DNA of 64,000 bases from a candidate division BRC1 bacterium ADurb.Bin183 (lineage in GTDB: Bacteria > Sumerlaeota > Sumerlaeia > MWCT01). Within the stretch, counting starts at the first letter, position 1; the number at the start of each line of letters is the position of its first letter. Under the pieces are notes generated by a model. The model did not search any database. It was not told the origin of the DNA and saw only the letters and a program-made list of their open reading frames with translations. The stretch is from contig MWCT01000008.1 of NCBI GenBank assembly GCA_002070185.1, forward strand, positions 57,625 through 121,624. Direction: 5' to 3'. A program made the translations under genes and the position numbers. Shown here one piece after another: positions 1 through 10,778 of this stretch.

Positions 1-872
1 TCGCTTCGAGATGGCAGCACAAAAATTTTTACGCATTCTAAAAACGATGGGACGTCGGCGCAAAAGCCGGGGAAATAAACCTGCCCCCCCATTTCCTCCT
101 TTGCGTAATCAAATATTTCATTCATGAATCTTGGATCTGCGGTATCAGTGTCTCCCGCTATAACGCCTTTAACATGGGGGAATTCTTGGCTTACGATTTT
201 CAATGCTTTCAAAAAAACATCTATTCCTTTTCTGCGGCTTAAAAATGACACGCTCGCTATGATAATATCATCAGATTGATAGTCGCACTTTTTCCTGAAA
301 TCAACATCCGGTTTTAATTGAGCGGGGTCATAAATCATGACGCCGTTGGGGATGAATCTTCCAGATTTGTGTTTCAATACATTATCGAAATATTCCATAT
401 CAGCGGGGGCATCAAAAATTATCAGATTGGAAAAATGCGCCACCACCCATCGTCGAAACCGATTATACATGTTATCCTGCAAATATTCATAAATATGCCA
501 GATGACGCGTTTATTAAGAGCGAAAAGCGCCATACCCGCGTAAAATGATGCCGCGGAACTTAAGTAAATCAGGTCATAATCGCCGCGTTTTATCGTTCTT
601 CTGATATTCAAAATAAATCGGATTCTTTTAAATATGAGGGCAATTTGTGAAAAGATGGATTTGACTTCTTTGATGCCGCTTTGGGGGTTATCAATAATAA
701 TGACTCGAAATCCTTTTTCAGCTGCAATGTCGGACATCCCGCCTTTTTCTGGATAACAAAAGTCCACCTCATACCTATCGGGTGAAAGCGCAAGGGCGGC
801 ATTTAATTGAACACGCGGCGCGCCCGACAACTCCGATGAATGCGAAATCATTAATATTTTTATTTTGCGCAT
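1..872 (-). CDS. Glycosyltransferase, GT4-like (partial; C-terminus runs off the left edge)
   Basis: Absent from the ORF track because it is edge-truncated. My minus-strand translation from the ATG at 870-872 gives MRKIKILMISHSSELSGAPRVQLNAALALS...IIIASVSFLSRRKGIDVFLKALKIV...VYFPGF and stays open to position 1. This is typical of the N-terminal half of a GT-B/GT4 enzyme. Confidence 0.7.
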   Translation of the reverse strand, partial: MRKIKILMISHSSELSGAPRVQLNAALALSPDRYEVDFCYPEKGGMSDIAAEKGFRVIIIDNPQSGIKEVKSIFSQIALIFKRIRFILNIRRTIKRGDYDLIYLSSAASFYAGMALFALNKRVIWHIYEYLQDNMYNRFRRWVVAHFSNLIIFDAPADMEYFDNVLKHKSGRFIPNGVMIYDPAQLKPDVDFRKKCDYQSDDIIIASVSFLSRRKGIDVFLKALKIVSQEFPHVKGVIAGDTDTADPRFMNEIFDYAKEEMGGQVYFPGFCADVPSFLECVKIFVLPSRS

Positions 873-886
873 TTTTGTTATCCACT

Positions 887-895
887 TGCTATAAT
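887..895 (+). promoter_or_regulatory. Candidate extended -10 promoter element (TGcTATAAT) in the divergent GT4/copA intergenic region
   Basis: The sequence tgctataat is read directly. No good -35 is present and the leader to copA would be about 200 nt. Confidence 0.25.
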
Positions 896-1103
896 GTCCC
901 TACGCCAATACATTGTCCATTTTCAATAACTGATTTTTTCATACATTGAATATTTTTATATTTTATTTTCATTGACTCACGCATCGCGCATTTAAAAAAC
1001 TTCTTATGTTTTGTTCGCAAACAACCGATGGAAATAACACCGACAGCCAACAAAGAAACAAATAATTTTTTTAAAGTTTTTTTACGGAGATAAACGAATA
1101 AAA

Positions 1104-3278
1104 TTGGAAAAGAATTGTCCTTATTGTCAAATAGGCGGAGAAACGAAAGTTTCGTGGAACCCAACCAAAAAATATTTTTGCCCCATGTGCGAAGGCATAG
1201 AAAGCGACAAACCCGGCTCTTGTTCCCGCTGCGGAATGGCACTGGAACGGCTTCCTGATTTGACGGGCGAACCTGAAGAGGATACGGGACAGAGCGACCT
1301 TCTCCTTCGTTTCCGCATTGGGCTTGTATTTGCAGTCCCTGTGTTTGTGATTGCCATGTCGGAGCATATCCCCGGAAATCCCCTTATGGGCATATTGTCT
1401 CGTCGAGTGAATTACTGGCTGCAGATGATATTATCAGCGCCGGTTGTTTTCTGGTCTGGGTTACCGATATTTCTTCGAGCATGGACAGCGTTGCGGCATC
1501 GCGCAACGAACATGTTCACCTTGATATCGTTGGGAACCGGCGCCGCGTTTTTAATAAGTGTTTTAGCTGTGTTGGCTCCCGATGTTTTTCCCCAATCAGC
1601 AAAGATGGACGGTCACGCGCAGGTTTATTTCGAAAGTTCTGCGGTGATAATTCTCCTTGTCCTCCTTGGTCAAGTTCTGGAACATAGAGCCCGAAACAAA
1701 ACAGGCAGCGCTATTCGAGCGCTGCTTGGGTTGACGCCTCGAACTGCCAGCGTTATTCGGGATGGTGTGGAAACGGAAACGCCGATAGAAAAAGTTAAAG
1801 TTGGGGATAGGCTTCGGGTGCGTCCGGGCGAAAAAATACCTGTGGATGGTATTTTAATCGAAGGAAATAGTTCCATTGATGAATCCATGTTAACAGGCGA
1901 ACCGATTCCCAATGGAAAACAGCCCGGTGACGTTTTGCTCAGCGGGACAATCAACCAAACTGGCGGGTTTATCATGGAGGCAAGGCATGTTGGAAGCGAT
2001 ACATTGCTTGCGCAGATAGTAAGCCTTGTATCCGAAGCCCAGCGGACAAAACCGCCAATCCAAAGACTTGCCGACCGCGCCGCCTCGTATTTTGTCCCAG
2101 CAGTTGTGGCTGTGTCGGTTATCACTTTTCTCTTATGGATTTTAATTGGTGGCGCTGCCCACTTTTCACATGCCCTCCTGAACGCAGTATCTGTTCTCAT
2201 CATTGCTTGCCCTTGCGCGTTGGGACTTGCCACGCCTATGTCTATTATGGTGGGAATGGGAACAGGCGCCCGAATGGGAATTTTATTCCGAAGCGCAGAG
2301 TCTTTGGAAACGCTTTCCCAAATCAAAGCCCTCGTTTTTGATAAAACAGGAACCCTGACGGAAGGGCGCCCGTCGCTAACAGATGTTTTCGCCGTAGAAC
2401 CCTTTAACGAGGAAAAATTGATTCAATTAGCCGCTTCCATCGAGCAGGCGAGCGAACACCCGATAGCAAAAGCGATTCTTCAAGGCGCTCAAGAGCGGGG
2501 AGTTGCTCTTTTACCTGTGACGGATTTCAAATCCGAAACAGGACGCGGCATCGTGGGACGAGTGGAAGACAGCAAAGTCATCGCGGGGATTCCATCGCTT
2601 CTTGATGATTATGGCATTGATGTGAATCTCAAAGATGAGCGGATTGAAATATGGCGCAAAGAGGGCAAAAGCGTTATATTTATTGGCGCGCGCGGGCTTT
2701 GGGCGGGAGTCATAGCCATCTCCGATCCGATAAAATCAGGAACTTTCGCAGCAATCGGCGAACTCAGAAAACAAGGCATACAGCTAAAAATGGCAACCGG
2801 CGATAACAAAATCACAGCGCAATTCGTTGCCCGGCAATTAGGCATCACAGACGTTGCATCAGAGATAGACCCGCGCCGTAAAAACGAGATTGTCAAAGAA
2901 ATGCAAAAGAATGGATTGAAGGTTGCCATGGCGGGCGACGGCATTAATGACAGTCCTGCGTTGGCGCAAGCGGATGTTGGTATTGCCATGGGGACAGGCA
3001 CAGACATCGCCATGAAGAGCTCAGATGTAACGCTGGTCAAAGGAGACCTGCGCGGAATCGTCAACGCGATAACACTAAGCCATGCTGTAGTTAAGAATAT
3101 CAAACAAAATTTGTTTCTCGCCTTTGTTTACAATACAGTTGCCATTCCCATCGCAGCGGGTTTGCTATACCCATTCTTTGGACTGCTTATGAGCCCCGTC
3201 ATTGCCAGCGCGGCTATGACTTGCAGCTCGCTCTCTGTTATTACCAACGCCCTTCGATTGAAAAATGTGTTTCGATAA
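1104..3278 (+). CDS. copA: Copper/heavy-metal translocating P1B-type ATPase
   Basis: Motifs CPC ([13 protein letters not shown]), [17 protein letters not shown] and TGEP. The N-terminus is a Cys-rich ribbon (CPYC...[23 protein letters not shown]) rather than a classical GMTCxxC HMA domain. The TTG start at 1104 is uncertain. Confidence 0.9.
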   Translation: MEKNCPYCQIGGETKVSWNPTKKYFCPMCEGIESDKPGSCSRCGMALERLPDLTGEPEEDTGQSDLLLRFRIGLVFAVPVFVIAMSEHIPGNPLMGILSRRVNYWLQMILSAPVVFWSGLPIFLRAWTALRHRATNMFTLISLGTGAAFLISVLAVLAPDVFPQSAKMDGHAQVYFESSAVIILLVLLGQVLEHRARNKTGSAIRALLGLTPRTASVIRDGVETETPIEKVKVGDRLRVRPGEKIPVDGILIEGNSSIDESMLTGEPIPNGKQPGDVLLSGTINQTGGFIMEARHVGSDTLLAQIVSLVSEAQRTKPPIQRLADRAASYFVPAVVAVSVITFLLWILIGGAAHFSHALLNAVSVLIIACPCALGLATPMSIMVGMGTGARMGILFRSAESLETLSQIKALVFDKTGTLTEGRPSLTDVFAVEPFNEEKLIQLAASIEQASEHPIAKAILQGAQERGVALLPVTDFKSETGRGIVGRVEDSKVIAGIPSLLDDYGIDVNLKDERIEIWRKEGKSVIFIGARGLWAGVIAISDPIKSGTFAAIGELRKQGIQLKMATGDNKITAQFVARQLGITDVASEIDPRRKNEIVKEMQKNGLKVAMAGDGINDSPALAQADVGIAMGTGTDIAMKSSDVTLVKGDLRGIVNAITLSHAVVKNIKQNLFLAFVYNTVAIPIAAGLLYPFFGLLMSPVIASAAMTCSSLSVITNALRLKNVFR

Positions 3279-3321
3279 AACGTCCCGCATATTTTTCATA
3301 ATTTTATTCTTGCCAGAAGAG

Positions 3322-3352
3322 AAGCAAGTTGGAAACAGATTGCTTGTTTTTT
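3322..3352 (+). terminator. Weak intrinsic terminator candidate after copA
   Basis: A 6-bp stem aagcaa/ttgctt with a 12-nt loop is followed by gTTTTTT. The stem is short and AT-rich. Confidence 0.3.
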
Positions 3353-3374
3353 GATTCTGCACAGGAGAAGTTGG

Positions 3375-3926
3375 ATGAAAATTTTCGACCATCTGGACAA
3401 AATGTATGAGGATATTTGCGAGAGCGATTGGGATGATGTGGAAACTAAATATCGCGAATTGACCTTAAAATTGGCGGGAACAAAAATCGTCAGGGAAATT
3501 GATGCGATAGATATTGATGATTATGAAAAATCCATCATGCAAACTCTCTACGAAGCCGTCGAGACGGCGGAGAAGGCTTCTGCCGGCGCTATTTACTTTG
3601 AATATGATATGGACAACAACTGGCAGGGATGCTTCTATATCTGCCCTGCATACTATCGCGAAGAGGAAGAAGACGAAGACTGGGCGACTGATTATGATGA
3701 AGAAATTGAAGGCCCAGACCTTCCCGCTTATGCCGATATTTACAATGAATATGGAGGGGCTGGCGGGAACAAGGCTGAAATCGGAACCACATTATATTTG
3801 ATCGCCCGAACCGTTTGCGCCTTTTGGCGATGTGTTGAGCAATTGCCATCCACCCCCGCGCTGGCTATCTGCATTGGATATCATGGACAAGATTATATCT
3901 GGCGAATTAGAGAAATGGAAGAATAA
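3375..3926 (+). CDS. Hypothetical acidic protein
   Basis: The ORF is in the track. I prefer the ATG at 3375, preceded by aggagaag. The protein is very Asp/Glu-rich (YYREEEEDEDWATDYDEEIEG) and I recognise no family. Confidence 0.5.
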   Translation: MKIFDHLDKMYEDICESDWDDVETKYRELTLKLAGTKIVREIDAIDIDDYEKSIMQTLYEAVETAEKASAGAIYFEYDMDNNWQGCFYICPAYYREEEEDEDWATDYDEEIEGPDLPAYADIYNEYGGAGGNKAEIGTTLYLIARTVCAFWRCVEQLPSTPALAICIGYHGQDYIWRIREMEE

Positions 3927-3974
3927 TAAACCCGGAAGATGGACAATCAAAAAAACCGGTAACCCCCGAATATT

Positions 3975-4292
3975 ATGGAACAAGAAAACAAAGGATTCCA
4001 GTGCAAACGCTGCGGCGAATGCTGCAGAGGCGAGGGATTTGTCCGAGCGTCCGAAGACGAAATTCGCGCAATGGCGGATTATCTCAAAATGGAACTCGAC
4101 CAATTCAAAAAAGATTACACCCGCCCTTCTCTCTTCGGCGACTATTGGTTAAAGGAAAAAGAAAACGGCGATTGTATATTTCTTGAAGAAAATGGCTGCC
4201 GTATTCACAACGTCAAGCCGCTGCAATGCAAAACATTTCCCATGAACTGGCGCAACCGCGACAGCGCCCAGATTTGTCCCGGCTTAAAATGA
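3975..4292 (+). CDS. YkgJ-family (UPF0153) cysteine-cluster protein
   Basis: N-terminal CKRCGECC cluster plus later Cys residues (DCIFL, GCRIH, LQCKTFP). This pattern is typical of the CxxCxxCC putative Fe-S/zinc family. Confidence 0.65.
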   Translation: MEQENKGFQCKRCGECCRGEGFVRASEDEIRAMADYLKMELDQFKKDYTRPSLFGDYWLKEKENGDCIFLEENGCRIHNVKPLQCKTFPMNWRNRDSAQICPGLK

Positions 4293-4298
4293 GGCGGC

Positions 4299-6506
4299 AT
4301 GATGATTCGAAAGGTGTATAAAGAAAAAAAAATCCAACGCCTCATCTGGTATGGGCTGATTTTGGGGTTCGCCTCGATTCTGGTTTATGCCCCATCGCTT
4401 CGCGGAGGATTTATTAACGAGGATGCGGAAAATATTCTGAACAACCCAGCCTTTCATGCCATAAAAAACATCCCCTCTTTATTTCAAAAGCCACACCCGA
4501 GCGCACAACACTGGCAACCTCTGACATCCTTGTCTTTTATGATTGATTATCGTTTATGGGAGGCAAAGCCAATAGGATACCGCCTCACCAATTTAGTATT
4601 GCATATTGTTTGCTCGCTGATTTGTTTTATTGCGCTGGAGCGTCTTACTCAAGCGGGCAATATTGCTTTTTTCGCTTCGCTTCTATTCGCGCTGCATCCG
4701 CTTCATACGGAAAACGTGGCGCGCATTTCGGGACGCGCGGAAATTATCGGTGGAATATTTCTCTTTGCGGCGTTGGTTTCGCATCTTGCGGCAGATGTGA
4801 AAACGAAAGGGATTCCGCTATTTCTATTTAATATTTTCGTCCCAGTATTATTTATATTGGGTCTTCTGTCGCATGAGGGATTAATCATACTGCCTTTTAT
4901 TTTAATGTTTGGAGATTTGGTCTGGAAACGGGAGGAATCAAAATCTAATTTTTTCAAAATTTACACTCCGCTTTTCCTGATCGCGGCTATTTATCTGGTA
5001 TTAAGAATAATAATATTTCGCATATCATTTAACATACCGAATTACATTGTCCGCATTATGGCGCAATTGTTGTATTTATCGTTATTCCCGCTTCGGTTAA
5101 CAGTTTTCTATCCTGTCAAGACGTTGCCGGCAATGGGCATATCGCTCTTTGTCGGTTGCGCCGTTTTGGCGGCATTAATCATTTTACGAAAAAAGAGGCT
5201 TTTTTTTTACGGGCTTGGATTATTTATTCTCGCCTTAACGGGCGTTTTATTTATGTCGCCAGATTTTCAGATGATAGAAGGGAAAGCATATTATGCCACT
5301 ATCGGCATGACCCTTTTTATCAGCGCGGCGCTCATGCATCTTGAAAAATCAGGCGAACGCCATGCAACGTCGCCAAATAGAATTGCCGCTGCCATCATTG
5401 GCTTATCGCTTTTAGGTTTTTATTCTGTTACAACATATATCCGCAGCGAAAAATTCTCCGATGATTTTTCTCTCTGGAATGCAGAATCAAAAATCCACCC
5501 AGATTCTGCGCTGATTTTGAACAACCTTGGGCGGGCGTATTATGGAAAAAGCGGGATGTCCGCAATGGCTGAAAAGAGTTTCCGGCAAGCTATCGCATCA
5601 GAACCGAAATACACACCCTCCTATTTGAACCTTGCGCGATTGCTCATTGATGCCAACCGGATAAAAGAAGCGGAAAAAATTCTTGAACACGCAGCCATCT
5701 CCGGCGGCAGCATTGATGATGAGAATTATGTTGTGCTGGCTATGCTTTATCAGGAAATCGGCAATGATGAACTTGCTGAAAAAATGTATGCAAAATCGGT
5801 TGAGATTCATCCCGGCAATTCCGTTGCTCTATCTGAACTTGGGCGGATTGCCTTTGAGCGCGGCGAGTATGAAAAAAGCATTGAATACATGACTGAATCC
5901 TTAAAAGGAAAACAGACAACGCTTCGGGCGCAGGTGTTTAGCAATCGCGCCTCCGCTTATTACAGACTGGGTAAAATAGAAGAATCCTTGGCAGACGCTC
6001 AAGCGGCGATGGCAGAAAATCCGCAACTTGCAAACCCATATCTTTTAATAGCGGAGATAGAGGCAAAGCGTAAATTTGCGGAAAAATCCGTAGCGGTGCT
6101 CGAAGAATCTTTGCAGAAAGTCCCCAATCCCCCTTTCGAAATATATCTGGCTCTTCACAAACTTTATATTGATTTCAAACAGGTTCAAAAAGCCTTTGAT
6201 ATCCTTTATGAATATCAAAATCGCGTGCCTAACGATATACGAGGGCACATGGCTATCGGAGAATATTGCCTGAATATGTATTTGCTGAGCCCCAAAGAAA
6301 ACAACGTCCAACTGGGCAATGCCGCAAAAAGTTTCAAAAATGCGCTCAAAATCAATCCCAAAGATATTCAGGCGCTAATTCTTTATGGAAAAACAGCGGC
6401 GCTTGCCGGCGCTAATGAACAGGCGCGTAAAATATGGGGACAGGTCCTTAAACTTGAGCCAGATAATCCCGAAGCGCATTCCCTTCTGAAAGAACTGCCC
6501 AGATAA
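4299..6506 (+). CDS. TMTC-like GT-C membrane glycosyltransferase with a C-terminal TPR array
   Basis: The N-terminal half (about 380 aa) is polytopic, with the FINEDAENILNNP...WQPLTSLSFMIDYRLW...YRLTNLVLH signature of TMTC/DUF1736-type proteins. The C-terminal half contains multiple TPR repeats. Confidence 0.7.
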   Translation: MMIRKVYKEKKIQRLIWYGLILGFASILVYAPSLRGGFINEDAENILNNPAFHAIKNIPSLFQKPHPSAQHWQPLTSLSFMIDYRLWEAKPIGYRLTNLVLHIVCSLICFIALERLTQAGNIAFFASLLFALHPLHTENVARISGRAEIIGGIFLFAALVSHLAADVKTKGIPLFLFNIFVPVLFILGLLSHEGLIILPFILMFGDLVWKREESKSNFFKIYTPLFLIAAIYLVLRIIIFRISFNIPNYIVRIMAQLLYLSLFPLRLTVFYPVKTLPAMGISLFVGCAVLAALIILRKKRLFFYGLGLFILALTGVLFMSPDFQMIEGKAYYATIGMTLFISAALMHLEKSGERHATSPNRIAAAIIGLSLLGFYSVTTYIRSEKFSDDFSLWNAESKIHPDSALILNNLGRAYYGKSGMSAMAEKSFRQAIASEPKYTPSYLNLARLLIDANRIKEAEKILEHAAISGGSIDDENYVVLAMLYQEIGNDELAEKMYAKSVEIHPGNSVALSELGRIAFERGEYEKSIEYMTESLKGKQTTLRAQVFSNRASAYYRLGKIEESLADAQAAMAENPQLANPYLLIAEIEAKRKFAEKSVAVLEESLQKVPNPPFEIYLALHKLYIDFKQVQKAFDILYEYQNRVPNDIRGHMAIGEYCLNMYLLSPKENNVQLGNAAKSFKNALKINPKDIQALILYGKTAALAGANEQARKIWGQVLKLEPDNPEAHSLLKELPR

Positions 6507-6516
6507 ACTCGCCCTT

Positions 6517-7404
6517 TTATTTCAACGTTTTTCTGGCGGCTTTGAGCGTGTTAAAAAGAAGCATGGCTATTGTCATGGGTCCAATGCCTCCAGGAACAGG
6601 CGTGATGGCAGAAGCAACCTCTTTGACGTTTTCAAAATCCACATCGCCCACAAGGGCGTAGCCTGTCTTGGTGGAAAAATCTTTGACCCGATTGATACCG
6701 ACATCAATGACCACAGCGCCCGGACTGACCATGTCCGCAGTCACAAAATTTGCCCTGCCTATGGCGGCGATGACAATATCGCCCTGACGTACGATTTCCG
6801 GCAGGTTTTTTGTACGCGAATGGCAAACAGTAACGGTGGCGTCCGCGCCTACGGCTTTTTGCATTAGAATGATGGCTGTGGGTTTGCCAACGATGTTAGA
6901 GCGCCCCACAATAACCACATGGCGTCCCCCTGTTTCAATACCATTACGCATCATAAGCGTCTGGATGCCAAAAGGTGTGCATGGCAAGAAACAATCTTCC
7001 TTTCCGATAACCATCCGCCCCACATTAATCGGATGAAAACCGTCCACATCCTTATCGGTATTAATGGCATTGATGATGGCATTTTCGTCTATATGATGGG
7101 GGAGGGGAAGTTGAACAAGAATTCCATGAATGGCGTTATCCTTGTTTAATTCCTTGATTAAATCCATTATATACTTTTGAGCGGTTTCGGATGGAAGGGC
7201 GAATGTTTTTGAATGGAATCCAACCCTCTCGCAAGCCTTTGCCTTGTTGCGAACATAGACTTGCGAGGCGGGATCGTCGCCGACGAGAATTACCGCAAGA
7301 CCGGGAACGATATTATGTTCTCGTTTTAGCTGTTCAGCGGCGGTTGCAATCTCTGATTGAATTGTTAGCGATAGCACCTTGCCATCCAAAATTCGAGCAG
7401 TCAT
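6517..7404 (-). CDS. folD: Bifunctional methylene-THF dehydrogenase / methenyl-THF cyclohydrolase
   Basis: Full-length FolD-like sequence (PGLAVILVGDDPASQVYVRNKAKAC, VDGFHPINVG, PVPGGIGPMT). Confidence 0.95.
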   Translation of the reverse strand: MTARILDGKVLSLTIQSEIATAAEQLKREHNIVPGLAVILVGDDPASQVYVRNKAKACERVGFHSKTFALPSETAQKYIMDLIKELNKDNAIHGILVQLPLPHHIDENAIINAINTDKDVDGFHPINVGRMVIGKEDCFLPCTPFGIQTLMMRNGIETGGRHVVIVGRSNIVGKPTAIILMQKAVGADATVTVCHSRTKNLPEIVRQGDIVIAAIGRANFVTADMVSPGAVVIDVGINRVKDFSTKTGYALVGDVDFENVKEVASAITPVPGGIGPMTIAMLLFNTLKAARKTLK

Positions 7405-7419
7405 AACAATTGCCCTCCG

Positions 7420-9147
7420 TTAAAATAATCCATGAACAACGCCGTCAGAACCAATATCAACGCGGGTGCCGCCGGGTGTGCTGGGGAGCCCGGGCATGGT
7501 CATGATGTCGCCTAACAGAACATAAAGAAAACCTGCGCCGGCGGAAATCCCAACCTGATTGACGGATATTTCATAGCCTTCAGGACGCCCTTTCAAATTC
7601 GGATTGTGAGAAAGGGAAAGATGGGTTTTTGCCACGCAAATCGGATATTTGCCAAAACCCTGCTCGGTGAATTGCTTAATTTGCCTGTTGGCAAGCGGCT
7701 CATAATAAATCGAACCGGCTCCATATATTTTTCGCGCAATCTGTTCGATTTTCTCCTTGATGCCGATATCGGGTTCATAAAGCGGACGGAATTCGGATTC
7801 GCCTCGAGCGGCATCCGCAATAGCTTCCGCCATGGCAAGGGATCCCTCGCCTCCGCGAGCCCATGCGTCGCTGATAACAACAGCATGCGCCCCCGATTTC
7901 ATGCCAGCCTCTTGGATTGTTTTAATTTCAGAATCGGTATCGGAATCAAAACGGTTAATGGCAACAACAACAGGGATGCCATAAATTTTAATATTCTCAA
8001 TTTGCTTTTCAAGATTGGGCATTCCCAAAAGAAGATGGGGGATATTTTCAATCGTCAAATTTGCATCAAGAGGTTTGCCGGGTTTGACGTCATATTTGCC
8101 GCTATGCATCTTGATGGATCGAACACTGCAAACGAGCAAGGCGGCGGCAGGTATCAACCCGCTGATGCGGCATTTTATGTTGGCGAATTTTTCCGCGCCC
8201 ATATCCGCGCCAAAGCCGGCTTCCGTGATAACAAAATCGGCGCATTTGATAGCAATCCGGTCTGCAAGGACGGAAGAGTTGCCCGGGGCAATATTGGCAA
8301 AAGGACCCGCGTGCACAAAACACGGCGTATGTTCAATTGTTTGCATCAAATTGGGTTTAATGGCATCCTTCATGAGGACAGCCATCGCCCCAGCGCAGCT
8401 CAAATCCTCCGCTGTCACCGCTTGCCCGTCATTGCGGTATGCCAACACAATTCGCCCCAGACGCTGGCGAAGGTCTGCAAGGCTTGTGGCAAGCGAAAGG
8501 ATTGCCATAATCTCGGAGGCAGATGTAATAATAAATCCAGATTCGCGGGGGATTCCATTCGTTCTGCCTCCAAGCCCTATAACAATTTTCCGAAGAGCCC
8601 GATCGGAAATGTCCATGGCGCGTTTCCAGACGATTGAATGGAGATCAATATCCAACAGGTTTTTATGATGCAGCGCATTATCCAAAAAAGCGGCGAGCAG
8701 ATTATGCGCCGCAGTGACGGCGTGTGTGTCGCCGGTAAGATGCAGATTAAAATCCTCCATAGGGATAACCTGCGAGTATCCGCCGCCGGCAGCGCCGCCC
8801 TTGATTCCAAAAGTTGGACCAAGGCTCGGCTGCCTGATACAGCAAACTGCGCTTTTGCCAAGTTTGTTCAGACCCATAGAGAGACCGATGGCATTGACTG
8901 TTTTCCCTTCGCCGAGCGGCGTCGGAGTTATGCTTGTGACGAGGATATATTTCCCATTGGGATTGCCCTTTTTTTGCTCAAGAATATCAAGATTGATTTT
9001 AGCCTTATATTTGCCATAAAGCTCCAAATAGTCATCAGAGATGCCAATCTTTTGTGCAATCTGTCCAATAGGAACAAGCGGAGCCTGACGGGCAATATCT
9101 ATATCGGGGGGGAGAAGACGCCTGATATCCTGCCCAGTCATAAGCAC
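7420..9147 (-). CDS. fhs: Formate--tetrahydrofolate ligase
   Basis: 575 aa with TPTPLGEGKT and overall FTHFS-like sequence, directly upstream of folD. Confidence 0.95.
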   Translation of the reverse strand: MLMTGQDIRRLLPPDIDIARQAPLVPIGQIAQKIGISDDYLELYGKYKAKINLDILEQKKGNPNGKYILVTSITPTPLGEGKTVNAIGLSMGLNKLGKSAVCCIRQPSLGPTFGIKGGAAGGGYSQVIPMEDFNLHLTGDTHAVTAAHNLLAAFLDNALHHKNLLDIDLHSIVWKRAMDISDRALRKIVIGLGGRTNGIPRESGFIITSASEIMAILSLATSLADLRQRLGRIVLAYRNDGQAVTAEDLSCAGAMAVLMKDAIKPNLMQTIEHTPCFVHAGPFANIAPGNSSVLADRIAIKCADFVITEAGFGADMGAEKFANIKCRISGLIPAAALLVCSVRSIKMHSGKYDVKPGKPLDANLTIENIPHLLLGMPNLEKQIENIKIYGIPVVVAINRFDSDTDSEIKTIQEAGMKSGAHAVVISDAWARGGEGSLAMAEAIADAARGESEFRPLYEPDIGIKEKIEQIARKIYGAGSIYYEPLANRQIKQFTEQGFGKYPICVAKTHLSLSHNPNLKGRPEGYEISVNQVGISAGAGFLYVLLGDIMTMPGLPSTPGGTRVDIGSDGVVHGLF

Positions 9148-9153
9148 ATCACC

Positions 9154-9549
9154 TCATGATTCATTTATATTTTTCGAAGGATTATTACGGTCTATGCACA
9201 CCTCAACATAATCAAGAATTCCGCAAAGAGGAACCTGCGGTTTGCGCACCTTGACCTTGATTCTTTCAAGTTGGGGAAAATGCCTTGAGATGCCATCAAC
9301 GATATCATCCGCAAGCGCTTCCAGCAAATTATATTTTTTTTGTTTCGTAATTTCGCTGATGATGTTATAAACCTTTTCGTAATTAACCGTATAACGGATG
9401 TTGTCCGTTTTCCCCGCCTCGCTCAAATCCAGATACATTTCCACATCAAGATAAAAACGCTGCCCGATTTCCTTTTCGGCTTTTGAAGTGCCGTGAAAGG
9501 CGTAAAAGCCCATGTTGGAAAGTTTGATGTAATCAATTTCACTCAGCAT
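9154..9549 (-). CDS. folB: Dihydroneopterin aldolase
   Basis: FYAFHGTSKAEKEIGQRFYLDVEM and DYEKVYNIISE are FolB-like. I use the internal start MLSEIDY (9549), which avoids overlap with the upstream gene. Confidence 0.75.
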   Translation of the reverse strand: MLSEIDYIKLSNMGFYAFHGTSKAEKEIGQRFYLDVEMYLDLSEAGKTDNIRYTVNYEKVYNIISEITKQKKYNLLEALADDIVDGISRHFPQLERIKVKVRKPQVPLCGILDYVEVCIDRNNPSKNINES

Positions 9550-9559
9550 CGTATTCCGC

Positions 9560-9967
9560 CTATTGTTGCTGGGGCTGAATGCCAGCCGCCGCATTTTTGC
9601 GAGCCAGTAGATACTCTTGAATTTGCATTTTTTGCTCTTTCGTGAAATTCTTTAAGATGAGCTCCATGCCATAAACGGGATTATCACGCTCATCCAACGG
9701 ATAAATCCGATTCACCTCCACCATGCAATTCCATGTGTTTTGATCTCCGGGCAAACGGAACGCCATGGGGACATCATCGAATTGCTTCAAATCAGGAAGA
9801 TCCACGTCCATGGGAAGTTCAAGGATGATTCTGTCTTCGGATATCTTTTTCAACATCGCCCTGTTAGTCTTATATTCCTTGCCCAAAACAAAGGCAAAAG
9901 GAGCATTCATGGTGATGAATCCCACGACCACTTCTTCCTGATTCTTTTTTTTGAATCCAAATGCCAT
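9560..9967 (-). CDS. PilZ-like domain protein (c-di-GMP motifs degenerate)
   Basis: Its size and beta-barrel-like pattern resemble PilZ. I cannot find RxxxR or a clean D/NxSxxG motif (only KISEDRI). Confidence 0.35.
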   Translation of the reverse strand: MAFGFKKKNQEEVVVGFITMNAPFAFVLGKEYKTNRAMLKKISEDRIILELPMDVDLPDLKQFDDVPMAFRLPGDQNTWNCMVEVNRIYPLDERDNPVYGMELILKNFTKEQKMQIQEYLLARKNAAAGIQPQQQ

Positions 9968-9983
9968 ATATTTTATCCGCCTT

Positions 9984-10778
9984 TCATAAATGCTTTTTAA
10001 ACCATAACAATGTATCTTCTAATAATTGCGCATCTTCTTGTAAAGGCTTAAATCCATGATCCGATTTTGGAAGGAGTAAAGTCTCGGTTATAAGATGATT
10101 CTGGTTTCGCGCCGCATCATACGCCTCGGTATGTGAGGGCGGCACCACAGTGTCCTGCAAACCATGGCAGAGCAAAACGGGGTTTTTGAATTGGGATAGC
10201 GCATGGACGGGGTCGAGAGATGTTAGCGTTTCAACATATTTTCTGCCGATCTCCCATCCCGCATACTCAACAAATAAATTATCCGCGCCAAAGGCATCAT
10301 CCGGGAAAAAATCCGGACGCCTATCAAAAAAGAGTTTCCAAGGAAAGGCAACGGGCGCCCATAACACAACAGTTTTAATTTCGGCGCATCTATAAGCGGC
10401 ATACGAGGCGACGCATCCGCCAAGACTATACCCCAAAAGCCCTATTTGCCGGGTATCAACAGATGGAAGGTTTTTTGCCGCGTTTATCGCAGCGATTGTA
10501 TCCGCCACATAATCCAGAACAGTATGGTCTCTGAACAAACCCTCGCTCTCGCCGCAGCCGCGGTAATCGAATCGAATCGAGGCTATCCCCTCCTGCGCAA
10601 GGCGTCGCGCCATTCGGACAAAAATGTAACGCTGCTCGATTCGATTTCCAGTATATCCATGGCAGAATATGACAACTGGAACAGGGGTTGTTTCTTTTGA
10701 AGGCGCGTGAGCCGTTGCGGCAATTCTTTCGCCCTCATATTCAAACGAGAACGCTTGTTCTATAAACTCAATGCTCAT
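9984..10778 (-). CDS. Alpha/beta hydrolase
   Basis: Nucleophile elbow GYSLGG, an HG oxyanion motif (IFCHGYTG) and a C-terminal DH (SDHGF). Confidence 0.75.
   Translation of the reverse strand: MSIEFIEQAFSFEYEGERIAATAHAPSKETTPVPVVIFCHGYTGNRIEQRYIFVRMARRLAQEGIASIRFDYRGCGESEGLFRDHTVLDYVADTIAAINAAKNLPSVDTRQIGLLGYSLGGCVASYAAYRCAEIKTVVLWAPVAFPWKLFFDRRPDFFPDDAFGADNLFVEYAGWEIGRKYVETLTSLDPVHALSQFKNPVLLCHGLQDTVVPPSHTEAYDAARNQNHLITETLLLPKSDHGFKPLQEDAQLLEDTLLWFKKHL

Noticed and set aside
908-948. An 8-bp direct repeat ATACATTG (908-915 and 941-948) in the copA upstream region as a metal-regulator operator.
   Set aside because: It is too short and too AT-rich to distinguish from chance. It has no dyad symmetry like known CsoR, CueR or CopY boxes.
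7606-8637. Long ORFs antisense to well-supported genes. The 343-aa ORF lies opposite fhs. Others are 1670-2326 opposite copA, 16926-17591 opposite the hydrolase fusion, 40035-40763 opposite punA and 46941-47672 opposite rtcB.
   Set aside because: Each lies entirely within a gene whose opposite-strand translation carries unmistakable family motifs. The antisense products are low-complexity and Arg/Ser/Pro-rich, as expected for shadow ORFs.
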